DNA from: Spirochaetales bacterium
GTDB lineage: Bacteria; Spirochaetota; Spirochaetia; JABEVK01
Length of the DNA: 64,000 bases
Reading direction: 5' to 3'
Assembly: GCA_037142615.1 (NCBI GenBank)
Contig: JBAXAI010000020.1
Location: 1 to 64,000, forward strand
Within the stretch, counting starts at the first letter, position 1. Each line of letters starts with the position of its first letter. Under the pieces are notes generated by a model. It saw nothing but the letters and a program-made list of their open reading frames with translations. It was not told where the DNA came from and did no database searches. A program made the translations under genes and the position numbers. This document shows, piece after piece, positions 25,097-34,743 of the stretch.

Positions 25097-25363
25097 ATGA
25101 TCAACGTCGCACACCGCACCACTTTTGCACTCGATGAACTGGCCGTCCAAAGGCTCAGGTTGCTCGCTGCGCGCTGGCACATCTCGCAGTCCGAGGTGAT
25201 TCGCCGGGCCCTCGAAAAGCTCGAAGCTGAGCCCGCACCAGTAGAACCCGATCCGGCCACCGAGCTGGCGTACTATCACTCGCAAGGCGGGCTGGACTCC
25301 GAGGTCGCTGAAAGCTATATCGCGACGGTAAGTGAAGACCGCAAGAGCTGGCGCGGCGAATGA
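25097..25363 (+). CDS. RHH/CopG antitoxin
   Basis: RTTFALD..LA....SQSEVIRRAL. Confidence 0.85.
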   Translation: MINVAHRTTFALDELAVQRLRLLAARWHISQSEVIRRALEKLEAEPAPVEPDPATELAYYHSQGGLDSEVAESYIATVSEDRKSWRGE

Positions 25364-25737
25364 TCTGCCTCGACACCAACTACCTCATCCATGCACTGGT
25401 GGCGGGAACGCCAGAGGCGGCTCAGGTCGCGCTTTGGTTGCGCCAGAAAACGCCGCTTGCCATGTCGGCGGTGGCGTGGTACGAGTTCTGCTGTGGCCCT
25501 CTCAGTCCCAAGGATCACAGGATGGCGCAGGTGATCTTGACCGGTGGAGTGTTGCCTTTTGGGCCGGAACAAGCGGCCGAAGCCGCCCGCCTGTTCAATG
25601 GAGTTGGTCGCAGGCGCCCGTTGCGGGTGGATGCCATGATCGCTGCCACAGCCCTCGTCGCCAAGGCCAGCCTCGCCACCGACAATACCGACGACTTTCG
25701 GCCGTTTGAGGCGCTGGGCCTAAGGTTGGAGGGGTAG
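25360..25737 (+). CDS. PIN-domain VapC-type toxin
   Basis: ICLDTNYLI, WYEF, DAMIAATA, LATDNTDDF. Confidence 0.92.
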   Translation: MICLDTNYLIHALVAGTPEAAQVALWLRQKTPLAMSAVAWYEFCCGPLSPKDHRMAQVILTGGVLPFGPEQAAEAARLFNGVGRRRPLRVDAMIAATALVAKASLATDNTDDFRPFEALGLRLEG

Positions 25738-25746
25738 CGGCGGTCG

Positions 25747-27531
25747 CTACTCCTTCTGGAACACGTAGTAGTAGGGTTTGTTGCCCATGATGGAATAGTC
25801 GCCGGACTTCCACTGGACGAAGAGGTAGTTCTTGCCCCCGGTGTCGAGGTGGGTGTATTCCATGGCTCCCATGTCGGCTCCCCAAACGATTCCGTTGGTC
25901 CAGGTGACGCCGCCGAGGGGCGAGGTCCAAGAAGCGCTGGAAGTCGGTGTCGCATACGGGTAGAAGGTCACCTGCGGCCCGAAATAGAGCGAGCCCGTAA
26001 AGGACTTCGATCCCGGCACGAAGTCCACTTGGTCTTTCACGAAGTCGACGACATTCCAGGTACCGACCAGCGCGGCATCATTCACGAAAGTCATATCGGG
26101 ATGATCGACGATGTTGTAGCTGAATTGCCCGTGCTTGAAAGTGGGGGTGACCGTGGAAGTGGACGCCAGCCAGGGCCGATCGGCACGGAAAGATGCCTCA
26201 GAGGCAGAGCCCCAGGCATCGAACTGGGCTTTGGCGGCAATCCAAGGCGCAGAGTGGGTTGTCGCCACGGTCTTCCCGATGCTGTTGACCTCGAGCCAGT
26301 CGAGGCCGGACTGTTGGTACTCCACAAGGTAGCCACGCCAGGGTTCGGTGGCCTCGGCACCATTCATGCAAACATACAAGGCCAAGCCGTCGGCGCCCCA
26401 ACCGAAGGCATAAAAGTCGTCATCGACTTCCATATGCGACACCATCAGGGTTTTGCCGTCGGGCGCGATATCCGACACGAAGTTGACCCCGCCCTGGTTG
26501 ATCGACGCGGGCAATTGTTGCACGTTGACAAACCGACCGCTGGCGTCGATATCGGCTTGATAGACCACCGTCTGGATCAGACTGGGATCGTATACGTCTG
26601 TCACACCACTGGTCCCGAGGTTCTGCACATTCGGGGTCGGGAAAATCAGCGGGTCGCCGGGTTTGAGAATTCCATAGTCCTCACCGAAGGAGTCGTTCAG
26701 CGCGTTGAAGTAGGCCCGAGTTCCGTCCGCGGTAACGTACAGGCGCCCGATCCAACCGATGCCCATGCGGCCAGGGAAGTCATTCTCGCTGTGCCGCAAA
26801 CCGTCGACATAGTGGCTGGGGTCGTAGGGGTCGATCTCGCCCTGAGATTCGGTGGGCGTCTGGAATTGGGTCCCAATCAACTTCGACTCGTAGACCCGGA
26901 TGCGGATGAAGTCGCCCTTGGTGGCATTGACTTCCCACTTGGCCAGCGTGAAGTACAGGGTTTGCCGGGCTTCCGACCACACGGGGCAGAAAATCCAGGC
27001 GTTGTTTTGACCGTTGTAGAGGATCGACTTAACGTAGGTAGAGATTGCCGAAAAGTCCCAGAGTGTCGACTTCTTGTAGACGATGGAATCGTCGTTCTCG
27101 CTGTTCTGGCGATACAGCTCAAAGTCCTTGGAAACCGAGTAGAGCAGGTAATTCTCGCCATCCTTGGTGAAGGCAAAAGGGTAAGGCGAAGGCTGAACCG
27201 CCTTGTCGTTGAAGACTACCGCTTTGTGAGTGGTTCCGGCGGCACCGCGCTTTTCCTGAAACAAGATCTTTTCAGGTTCCAGTTGACTTCCAGCTGCCTT
27301 GCCCTTGCTGGCTCCCACATAAACAGTGAGCGGACTGGCGTCAGAGGCCCTCGCCAGCGACTTCGTGATTCCGTCGCGCCCGTAGACAGCGTTGCCAAAC
27401 TTGGCCATATCACCGAAGAGGGGAACGAGAATCCCGCCACCACCGGTCGGCAACCCACCCAACCCCTGGGACCCACACGCTGCCAACAGCAAAACCCCAA
27501 CCAGCAGCAACCCGCCAACAAAGTACTTCAT
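25747..27531 (-). CDS. Hypothetical lipoprotein, possible PD40-like beta-propeller plus C-terminal beta domain
   Basis: Lipobox LLAAC; SIN..VNFVSDIAPDGKTL; ends FVQWKSGDY..PYYYVF. Confidence 0.7.
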   Translation of the reverse strand: MKYFVGGLLLVGVLLLAACGSQGLGGLPTGGGGILVPLFGDMAKFGNAVYGRDGITKSLARASDASPLTVYVGASKGKAAGSQLEPEKILFQEKRGAAGTTHKAVVFNDKAVQPSPYPFAFTKDGENYLLYSVSKDFELYRQNSENDDSIVYKKSTLWDFSAISTYVKSILYNGQNNAWIFCPVWSEARQTLYFTLAKWEVNATKGDFIRIRVYESKLIGTQFQTPTESQGEIDPYDPSHYVDGLRHSENDFPGRMGIGWIGRLYVTADGTRAYFNALNDSFGEDYGILKPGDPLIFPTPNVQNLGTSGVTDVYDPSLIQTVVYQADIDASGRFVNVQQLPASINQGGVNFVSDIAPDGKTLMVSHMEVDDDFYAFGWGADGLALYVCMNGAEATEPWRGYLVEYQQSGLDWLEVNSIGKTVATTHSAPWIAAKAQFDAWGSASEASFRADRPWLASTSTVTPTFKHGQFSYNIVDHPDMTFVNDAALVGTWNVVDFVKDQVDFVPGSKSFTGSLYFGPQVTFYPYATPTSSASWTSPLGGVTWTNGIVWGADMGAMEYTHLDTGGKNYLFVQWKSGDYSIMGNKPYYYVFQKE

Positions 27532-27587
27532 AGCAGCCCCCTCTTCATGCCAATAAAGATAAGACACGGGGACCATTCCGTAAACCC

Positions 27588-28073
27588 CTAAGTCACTACA
27601 GCCACCTCGAACCGAGGCAACAACCTCGCACCCAGCGCCAGCAGATCTGCCGGAGCCAGCTCCACTTGCAACCCCCTCGCCCCCGCGCTGATCAAAATGG
27701 TGTCGAACAGGAGCGCCGTCTCGTCGAGAAAAGTCGGGAAGGCCTTTTTCATCGCCAACGGACTGCAGCCGCCACGCTCGTAGCCAGTCAGGTCGAGCAG
27801 GTTGTCCTGCGGAATCAGGCCGATCTTGCGGGTACCGGCGACCTCGGTGGCCTTACGCCAGTTGAGCTCCAAACTCAACGGAAGGCAGAACACGAAGTAC
27901 AGGTTGCCGCCGCCGCTCGTCACCAGAGTCTTGAAAATGTTCTCGGCCCGGGAGGCAGCGCCCCCCTCGCGCAGGTCGGTCTCCCATTGCGAAGGGTCGT
28001 ACACGTGCACCTGGTGGGCGATGCCTTCGGCCTCGAGAAGCCGCAAAACGTTGGTTTTCTTGCCGGGGGTCAT
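27588..28073 (-). CDS. YbaK/EbsC aminoacyl-tRNA deacylase
   Basis: KTNVLRLL, IFKTLV, TGYERGGCSP, ISAGARG. Confidence 0.92.
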   Translation of the reverse strand: MTPGKKTNVLRLLEAEGIAHQVHVYDPSQWETDLREGGAASRAENIFKTLVTSGGGNLYFVFCLPLSLELNWRKATEVAGTRKIGLIPQDNLLDLTGYERGGCSPLAMKKAFPTFLDETALLFDTILISAGARGLQVELAPADLLALGARLLPRFEVAVVT

Positions 28074-28108
28074 TGTGCTATCGTAGAGCGAACAGGGAGA
28101 CCATCACA

Positions 28109-28552
28109 ATGCCGTCGATTATTGTCGCCAGTTTGCATCACCTTTTGGCGTTCACCGTCTTTGCCTCGCTTCTGGGCGAGACCCTGCTGTTCCGCAAAGA
28201 CCTCACCGCCACCGACGCCAAGCGTCTGCAGGTCCTCGACACGGTGTACGGTCTGGCCGTGCTGGCCCTCATCGCCGTGGGGCTGTCGCGGGTGTTCTTT
28301 TTCAGCGACGAACCGGCGAGCCATTATCTGAACTCGGTGCCGTTTTGGACCAAGATGGTCACCTTCGGCGTCGTGGGCGCGCTATCGGCCTACCCGACCA
28401 TCCGATTCCTCAGCTGGTCGAAGGCCACCGCCGCCGGTGAAGCTCCCGTGATCTCGGACCGTGACGCCAAACTCATCCCGTGGCTGCTGCGCGGCGAACT
28501 GCTGGGCCTGGCCGTCATCATTGTCAGCGCCGTGACCCTGGCCCAAAGTTGA
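28109..28552 (+). CDS. DUF2214 family membrane protein
   Basis: LHHL, D..YG, FWTKM..F..VGALSAYPTIRF..W. Confidence 0.88.
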   Translation: MPSIIVASLHHLLAFTVFASLLGETLLFRKDLTATDAKRLQVLDTVYGLAVLALIAVGLSRVFFFSDEPASHYLNSVPFWTKMVTFGVVGALSAYPTIRFLSWSKATAAGEAPVISDRDAKLIPWLLRGELLGLAVIIVSAVTLAQS

Positions 28553-29853
28553 CCAACAAGAAACTCAACACCCTCAACGGGGTTCTCAACAGCATCTCGA
28601 CCGACTTGGTGGCGCCGTTCGCTGTCATTTTTGCGCTTCGGCTGGGTTCCAGCAGCTTTCAGACCGCCATGCTGTCGTCGGGCCCGGCCATCGCCGGCCT
28701 GTTGGTGCTGATTCCTGGTGCACGCTGGGTCGACCGCCAGCGCGACAAGAAGCGCGTCACCGCGTGGCTCATGGCCGCCAACCGGCTGTTCTATCTGCTC
28801 ATGGTAGCGGTGCCGTTCCTTCTGCCCGCGTGGCAGGCGGCCACCTTCATTATGCTCGTCACCGTGATGAACGCGCCCGGAGCCATCGCCAACTCGGCCT
28901 GGCAAGGCTACATGGCGCGCATTTTCCCGGCCAATCAGCGCGCCGACGCGTTTGCCGACCGCAACAAAGCCATGAACATCTTTGGCACGGCCACCACGTT
29001 CACGGCCGGCATGGCCCTCGACGTCATTGGCACAACCTGGGGCTACCAGCTGATGTTCTTTGGCGCGTTTCTGGTCGCCCTTGCCGAAGTCCAGTCGTTC
29101 ACCAAGCTCCGGGAACCCACCCTCGACCCGGCGCAGGTTTTTGCCGACTCGGCCACCCAGCCCGAGCCCCCGCCCCCGTTCGATCAAATCCACGTGCCCG
29201 CCACCACCGAGGCCGCCCCCCTGCTGCCGCTGGTGTTCAAGCTGAAGCGCAAAATCCGCGAAATCGCCTCAAACAAGACCTTTGTGCGCTACCTGCTGGC
29301 CAGCGTGGTGTTTTATTTCAGTTGGCAGACGCCGTGGACGCTGTTCTCGCTCTACCAGGTCAAAGAGCTCCACGCCGGCAACTTCGCCCTGGGCCTGCTC
29401 ACCCTGGCCAACACCGGTGGCAACCTGATGGGTTACAAGTTCTGGGTGGGTCAAATCGAAAAAAAGGGCAACCTGCACGTGCAGTGGATGTCGGCCTCGG
29501 CGCTCATCCTGGTGCCCCTCACCTACGCGCTCACGGGCTTCTTGCCGCGCATCAGCCTGCTGGGCATCGACTTGTCGCTCTACATCATCGGAACGCTGAG
29601 CATACTGGTCGGGGCGGCCCTCTCGGGTCTCATCCTTTCGATGTTCAATTCCCTGCTCGAGGCCACCCCCGAAAAAAACCGCACCAGCTACATCGCCTAC
29701 TTCAACACCGCGAACACCATCACCGCCATCATCGCGCCCCTTTGGGGAGTCACCGCCTACGAACTGTGGGGCTGGCAGACCGCGTTCTGGATCTGCTTTG
29801 GTCAGCGCCTTGTCGGCGTTTCAGCCTTGATTCTCCTTTGGCGTGCCAAGTAA
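28549..29853 (+). CDS. MFS transporter
   Basis: About 12 TM segments with Pro-rich central loop; TTG start overlaps upstream stop. Confidence 0.85.
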   Translation: MTNKKLNTLNGVLNSISTDLVAPFAVIFALRLGSSSFQTAMLSSGPAIAGLLVLIPGARWVDRQRDKKRVTAWLMAANRLFYLLMVAVPFLLPAWQAATFIMLVTVMNAPGAIANSAWQGYMARIFPANQRADAFADRNKAMNIFGTATTFTAGMALDVIGTTWGYQLMFFGAFLVALAEVQSFTKLREPTLDPAQVFADSATQPEPPPPFDQIHVPATTEAAPLLPLVFKLKRKIREIASNKTFVRYLLASVVFYFSWQTPWTLFSLYQVKELHAGNFALGLLTLANTGGNLMGYKFWVGQIEKKGNLHVQWMSASALILVPLTYALTGFLPRISLLGIDLSLYIIGTLSILVGAALSGLILSMFNSLLEATPEKNRTSYIAYFNTANTITAIIAPLWGVTAYELWGWQTAFWICFGQRLVGVSALILLWRAK

Positions 29854-29863
29854 ACTCAGGCCC

Positions 29864-30418
29864 ATGGCTGGTATTCCTTCGCTTTTCCGTTCCATTGTCC
29901 GCTTTCTCGTCATCCTGGTGATGCTGGGGGCCGTGCTCTACGGTGTGCAGCTGATCTGGCACCCGTTTGACCCCATCATCGCCTTCGTCAACCAGGACGT
30001 CGCCGCCGCCGGGGCCACGCTGTCGAACCAGATCGTCGCGGGGGTGTCGCTCGGAGCGCTGGTCCTGTTCGTCATCCTGATGCTGGTGCCGCTGCTCTTG
30101 CGCGGGGTCGACAACAAGCAGTTTCTGGGCAGCTTTTTTCGTGGCATTTTGGCCTCGGTCGTCTTTTTGGCCACCGACTGGCTCTACGGCGAACTCGAAC
30201 ACCTGGGCCGCATCTACCTCGTTGTCGGCATTGTCGCGTCCGTGGTCGTCACCTTCTTCCTTATCGAAATCATCACCCGCGCCGGCAAGTCCAAGCACGA
30301 GGTGAGCACCCGCACCGATCTGTTGGCGAGCATCACGTCCGGTCTGGCGTTCTCGCTGCTGCTGAAGATTGGCACCTACGCCTGGGAGTATGCGGCAAAA
30401 GTGCTGGGCTCACAGTAA
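29864..30418 (+). CDS. Hypothetical membrane protein
   Basis: About 5 TM segments. Confidence 0.75.
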   Translation: MAGIPSLFRSIVRFLVILVMLGAVLYGVQLIWHPFDPIIAFVNQDVAAAGATLSNQIVAGVSLGALVLFVILMLVPLLLRGVDNKQFLGSFFRGILASVVFLATDWLYGELEHLGRIYLVVGIVASVVVTFFLIEIITRAGKSKHEVSTRTDLLASITSGLAFSLLLKIGTYAWEYAAKVLGSQ

Positions 30419-30468
30419 GGACGTGTCCACCGAGACAAACAAGACGCAAGGGCGGCGAGAAGGGCGAA

Positions 30469-30610
30469 TTGGAGCGTATGGGCAAACGTCCCGACCTCTG
30501 CTACATCAGCGCCCGCTGCCCCGACGCGTTTCCCTCGGGTGCGCCTTTTGAGTACTTCGACCTTGAGCAGGCGGCCGAGGCGGCCGAGTTCGCCGGGCGA
30601 CCCGTTGATG
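30469..30610 (+). pseudogene. HEPN-domain C-terminal remnant
   Basis: DLCYISARCPDAFPSGAPFEYFDLEQAAEA resembles the YIxxRYPDxxPxGxP tail of HEPN proteins. Confidence 0.55.
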
Positions 30611-30621
30611 GGGCGACTCGC

Positions 30622-31146
30622 CTAGGAGTCCGCCGCCTTCCTGTGGAACACTCCGTATGCCAGCGCGATCACCGCCAGCGAGAAGATCGTGTACACGGGC
30701 CATGATCGCGAGGCACCCGCCGGATCGAGCCCCAGACTTTCGAGGGTCGGTGTGTCGGCCGTCAGCAACATCGGGCAAAGCCAGGGGATGTCGAACGCGA
30801 CGTTGCCCAGGTTAAGGGCCATCAGTGACAGCAGAGGAGCGCCCACCGCGAAGGCCAGAGCCACGAGGTAGCTGCGCGCCAGCATCACCACGATGAAAAC
30901 CACAACGAGGCAGGGAAGCACGAGCAAAGTGCCAAGCACGACCTGAAAGCTCCCGTTTGCCACTTCGGACCATACCAGATTGACGCCGGCCGCCAGGTCG
31001 AGGCCGAAGACGCGGAGCAGGGTTGTCTTGCCCGCTCCATTGCGACCCAGGAGTCCATGCACCTCACCAGCCGCAACCCGCAGGGCCACGCTTTTGAGCA
31101 CCACTTTACCGTGAAAGGCCTTACACAAACCCGAGACTTCAACCAT
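30622..31146 (-). pseudogene. Deletion fusion of ABC ATPase N-terminus and permease C-terminus
   Basis: GRNGAGKTT Walker A followed directly by TM segments; no signature or Walker B motif. Confidence 0.75.
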
Positions 31147-31160
31147 GTGTTGAGTCTACC

Positions 31161-32123
31161 TCAAAAGGCTCCCGCTCGACTGGACCGGGAACTCGTGGCC
31201 AACGCCTGGCCCACCAGTTGCATGGCCACGGCTGGCTCGAGGAACCGATGCTGACCGCCCTTGACCGGGTCGCGGAACAAGGGCGCACTGTTGCGGTACT
31301 CGTGCCGGTATTCCAGCGGCGTGCAGCCGAAGTCCGCCAGAAACGCCTTGGTCATGTAGCGGGTGTCGGAAAAGCCACAGTCCAGGCAGATGTCGATCAG
31401 CGACTTTCGCGTGCTGTGGATGAGCAGGATGGCCCGCTCGAGCCTCAGCTTGGTCAGATAGGCCTGGAACGAGATGCCCAGATGGTCGCTGATAAAGTGC
31501 GAAAGGTAGGTCATTTCCAGCCCTTCCTGCTCGGCTAGCTGGCTGAGCGAGACCCTCCCTGAGAAGTTGGATTCCAGATAGTCAAGCACCCGCTTCAGGC
31601 GAAGGACGCTCAGCCCCTCGGCAGCGAGTTGAGCCTCGTCATCCTCGGCCCATTCGAGTTGATCGATGAGCGTGAAGACCAACTGGTTGAGTTGCCCCAT
31701 CGTCTTGAGCGAGTTCCCCGGCTCTTTGCTGAACGAGTCTACGGCGAGCTGAAGGAGCCCCCGGCGCAGTGCCAGCCACCCTTGCGGACGTTCGATGCCC
31801 TTCAGGTGACGGGTCTGGAACCGGATGCGGCCCACCAGGGGTTCGTACGCGTGGCAGAACTTGGGGTGAAACTGGAGCGCCAACAGCACGTTGGCTTCCT
31901 TGGTCCTCACCAGGTTGTGAACTTCGTTTCGGTTGATGACGAAGATGTCGCCGTGGTGGAGAACCGACTTGGCCCCGGCGATCTCGACGATGACTGAACC
32001 TTGCAGGATAAGGAGGACTTCGATGTCGGCGTGCCAGTGGTGGAGCCGCTGCTCAATGCTCACGAGGAAGACCCGGAAATCGGTGCCCTCCTCGTGCTTG
32101 ATCACTTCGTATTCGTAGGCCAC
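31161..32123 (-). CDS. AraC-family regulator
   Basis: Cupin HWH..IE, C-terminal GFSD.RY..K.F...FG.TP.EYR. Confidence 0.93.
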   Translation of the reverse strand: MAYEYEVIKHEEGTDFRVFLVSIEQRLHHWHADIEVLLILQGSVIVEIAGAKSVLHHGDIFVINRNEVHNLVRTKEANVLLALQFHPKFCHAYEPLVGRIRFQTRHLKGIERPQGWLALRRGLLQLAVDSFSKEPGNSLKTMGQLNQLVFTLIDQLEWAEDDEAQLAAEGLSVLRLKRVLDYLESNFSGRVSLSQLAEQEGLEMTYLSHFISDHLGISFQAYLTKLRLERAILLIHSTRKSLIDICLDCGFSDTRYMTKAFLADFGCTPLEYRHEYRNSAPLFRDPVKGGQHRFLEPAVAMQLVGQALATSSRSSRAGAF

Positions 32124-32157
32124 GGGGATCTCCCGCTGCCCAGACTACCACAGACGG

Positions 32158-33189
32158 CTAGCCGCGTAGCAGGTGGTTCACCACGTACATCTCGAGCGCC
32201 TCGTAGTTGCGCTCAGCCACGCACTTTTTCTGGAAGGCGTAGTCGAACTTCAGGGCCTTCTCTTCCAGCAACTTGGCGATGGCCAAACTGTTGCTCAGGT
32301 GCTCGTAGCCGGCGGCATCCTTGGTGGTACGCATGGCCTTCACGTCGAGGCCGATGTACTCGCCGTTCTTGCCGTAGCCGTTTTCGACCAACACCTTGAT
32401 CTGATTGAAGGCCTGGCGGAGGTTCTCGGCGCCAAACGAGCGGTCCTGGTCGAACTTGAGGCCGTTCTGGTCGTTGAGGTGCACCCCCCACAGCTTGCCG
32501 AAGGCCAGGCCGAAGGCGATCTCGTTGGCGGGGTCGAGGCCCGCGAGGATGGCGTGGGCCGACTCGAGCAATCCGCCGACGCGGCTGGGGTCGATGGTCG
32601 CGGCGCTCACCCCCATGACGTGGCCGATGGTGCCACAGTAGCTGCGGTCGACCGGTTCGTTGGGCTTGGGCTCGATGAGGATTTTGATCGTCTTGTCGTA
32701 GGCGAGCATGGCATCGACGGCCTCGACGAGGTGCTTGATGGCCATCACCGGATCCTTGCTCTCAGCGCAGCTGGTGCCTTCGCGGGCCAGCCAAAGCACG
32801 ATCTTGTCGCAGCCGAGCTCGCGCGCGATGTCGATCGATTTGAGCGACCGATCGATGGCGTATTTGCGATCCGCAGCGCTGTTCGACGTGTAGGCACCGT
32901 CGACGCAGTGCTCGTCCATCCACAGACGGGGGGCCACAAACTCGGCGGCCAAACCCTGCGAATCCAACAGTTTTTTCACTTCCTTGGCCTTGGCCGCAAT
33001 CTGGGCGGGGGTTTTGCCATTGATTTCGGGCACGGCGTCGTCGTCGTGGAACTGCACGGCGTCAAAGCCGAGCTTTTTGAAGGTTTCCACCTTCTTTTCA
33101 AACGAAATGGTGGTGCGGGTGGCCGGGCCGTAGACATCAGCCCCTTCGGCCACGTTCCATGGGCCCACAGAAAAACGGAACTTCGACAT
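32158..33189 (-). CDS. Xylose isomerase-like TIM-barrel sugar isomerase
   Basis: FHDDD, VLWLAREG, IEPKPNEP, ESAH, VHLNDQNGLKFDQD. Confidence 0.9.
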   Translation of the reverse strand: MSKFRFSVGPWNVAEGADVYGPATRTTISFEKKVETFKKLGFDAVQFHDDDAVPEINGKTPAQIAAKAKEVKKLLDSQGLAAEFVAPRLWMDEHCVDGAYTSNSAADRKYAIDRSLKSIDIARELGCDKIVLWLAREGTSCAESKDPVMAIKHLVEAVDAMLAYDKTIKILIEPKPNEPVDRSYCGTIGHVMGVSAATIDPSRVGGLLESAHAILAGLDPANEIAFGLAFGKLWGVHLNDQNGLKFDQDRSFGAENLRQAFNQIKVLVENGYGKNGEYIGLDVKAMRTTKDAAGYEHLSNSLAIAKLLEEKALKFDYAFQKKCVAERNYEALEMYVVNHLLRG

Positions 33190-33246
33190 GGATGGATTCT
33201 CCTTCTTGATGCTTCCACCTTACGCCCAGTTGCGACTCCCGGCCCA

Positions 33247-33280
33247 GACGAGTTTGAGGAATCCCTACGACAAGTTTGTG
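33247..33280 (-). promoter_or_regulatory. Candidate AraC tandem binding sites
   Basis: gacgagtttg / gacaagtttg direct repeat 22 bp apart, near the -35 region of a TAAGGT -10. Confidence 0.5.
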
Positions 33281-33367
33281 TTTTTGCGGTTCTGGCTTGG
33301 TGCGCCAGCGTGGGTTTCCAGCCCGCTCTCCGGTGGGCAGCACGATCATGCGCTTGAGGTCCATCCA

Positions 33368-33496
33368 CACTGGTGTCAGGCTCGGAACGAACCCGGACAC
33401 GCACCTGCGGTGCTTAGTCCTGTAGAATCGCGGGCGATTCTACAGAAGACTTTTGCCGCACTGGTGTCAGGCTCGGAACGAGCCTGACACCAGTGC
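33368..33496. repeat. Composite REP-like palindromic element
   Basis: 23-bp direct repeat (33368, 33459), 12-bp stem 33420-33445, 17-bp perfect stem 33458-33496. Confidence 0.8.
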
Positions 33497-34678
33497 CTTC
33501 TCCAGCCCGTCGTAGACTGGCAGAATCTCCTCGAGGAACTTTGGGTCGATGTTCACGGCTTTGTTGGCGATGCGGTGGCAGTAGCCGCACTTGGCGCAGT
33601 CTTTATCGGCGCAGTTGCCTTCGCCGCCGACGGCGCTGTCAAAATGATCCAAAAAGTTGGCCGGAATCTGCGCACTGTCGATTTGCACGGGGTTGTGCTG
33701 TTGCGTGGCGATCAGCATGCCCTGCTTTTGCATGAACTTCAGCGCGGTGCCGGCCATTCCCAGTGGCATCTTCCAGCCTCGGAACGCCCGGAACGTGTGC
33801 AGCAACGAGGCATTCGGCGCTTTGCTCTTGAACCCCCAGCTGAGTAGCAGGTCGGCCAGATTTCCTTCATATTTTCTTTCGTGGTAGGCTTTTGCTCGGG
33901 CCACGAGCGCGTCGCTGGGAATATTGCGCTCGAGCAGCTTGAACGTCGTGTAGCCGATTTCCTCGTAGCGGGCGATGTCTTCGGGGCGGATCCACCCGGC
34001 GCTGACGAAAAGATGCTTGTGCGTCAGGCGGTTCTTGTTGCACTGCATCAGGGGGTAGTCGATGTAGAACTTGGGGTTGAGCCCGCTGGCGTGCGCATGG
34101 CCGTTCTGGTGTTGAATCTGATACGGGCAGTTGGGCTGGCAGAAATGGTTGGCGATGAGCACGAGGTCGGCCTTCACCGCAGCGCGGATCTTGCGCAGCT
34201 TGTCGAAGTCGCGGTTGATGCTGAAGCTTTCGAGATTGATGGTGTCGGCCCCGAGGTCTTCCCAGTATTTGGCGCGGCTGACGGTGTCGACCTGAGCGTA
34301 GATGCCCACCTTGATCTTGAACTGCGGAAACCGCTTTTTGACCACCTGCACCAGGTACGGGGCTGCGATGGTCAGCGTTTCGACCTTCTGGTCGGCACAC
34401 CATCCGAGCAGCTTGTCGAGCTCGCGGTGGAAGCGCGGGGTCCACTCCTCGTTACCAAAGCAGGCGGCGTTCATCAGGTAGTTGAACTCCAGCCCGGTGG
34501 CGTGCACGTCGGTAATATAGCGGGCCAAACCTTTCTTGCTCAGCGCCGTGCTCATCGCGCTTGGACGCCCCCCCCCGGTGATGTCGAACGGCAATTTTCC
34601 GTAGAGTTCGACGGCTCCATACCCCTTGAGGGACGGCAAAATGGAGGAGTCGTAGTTGGCAGGAACGGTGAGTTTCAT
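33467..34678 (-). CDS. U32-family (Fe-S, hydroxylase-like) protein
   Basis: GGGRP, FNYLMNAAC, CQPNCP, WIRPED, FKLLER, C-terminal C-x4-C-x2-C-x2-C. Confidence 0.88.
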   Translation of the reverse strand: MKLTVPANYDSSILPSLKGYGAVELYGKLPFDITGGGRPSAMSTALSKKGLARYITDVHATGLEFNYLMNAACFGNEEWTPRFHRELDKLLGWCADQKVETLTIAAPYLVQVVKKRFPQFKIKVGIYAQVDTVSRAKYWEDLGADTINLESFSINRDFDKLRKIRAAVKADLVLIANHFCQPNCPYQIQHQNGHAHASGLNPKFYIDYPLMQCNKNRLTHKHLFVSAGWIRPEDIARYEEIGYTTFKLLERNIPSDALVARAKAYHERKYEGNLADLLLSWGFKSKAPNASLLHTFRAFRGWKMPLGMAGTALKFMQKQGMLIATQQHNPVQIDSAQIPANFLDHFDSAVGGEGNCADKDCAKCGYCHRIANKAVNIDPKFLEEILPVYDGLEKALVSGSFRA

Positions 34679-34743
34679 ATTAACGAGGATAAACAGAATC
34701 GAGCGCGCTTGTCATCTGCGGGCGGTGGCCTTACACTTCTGCA

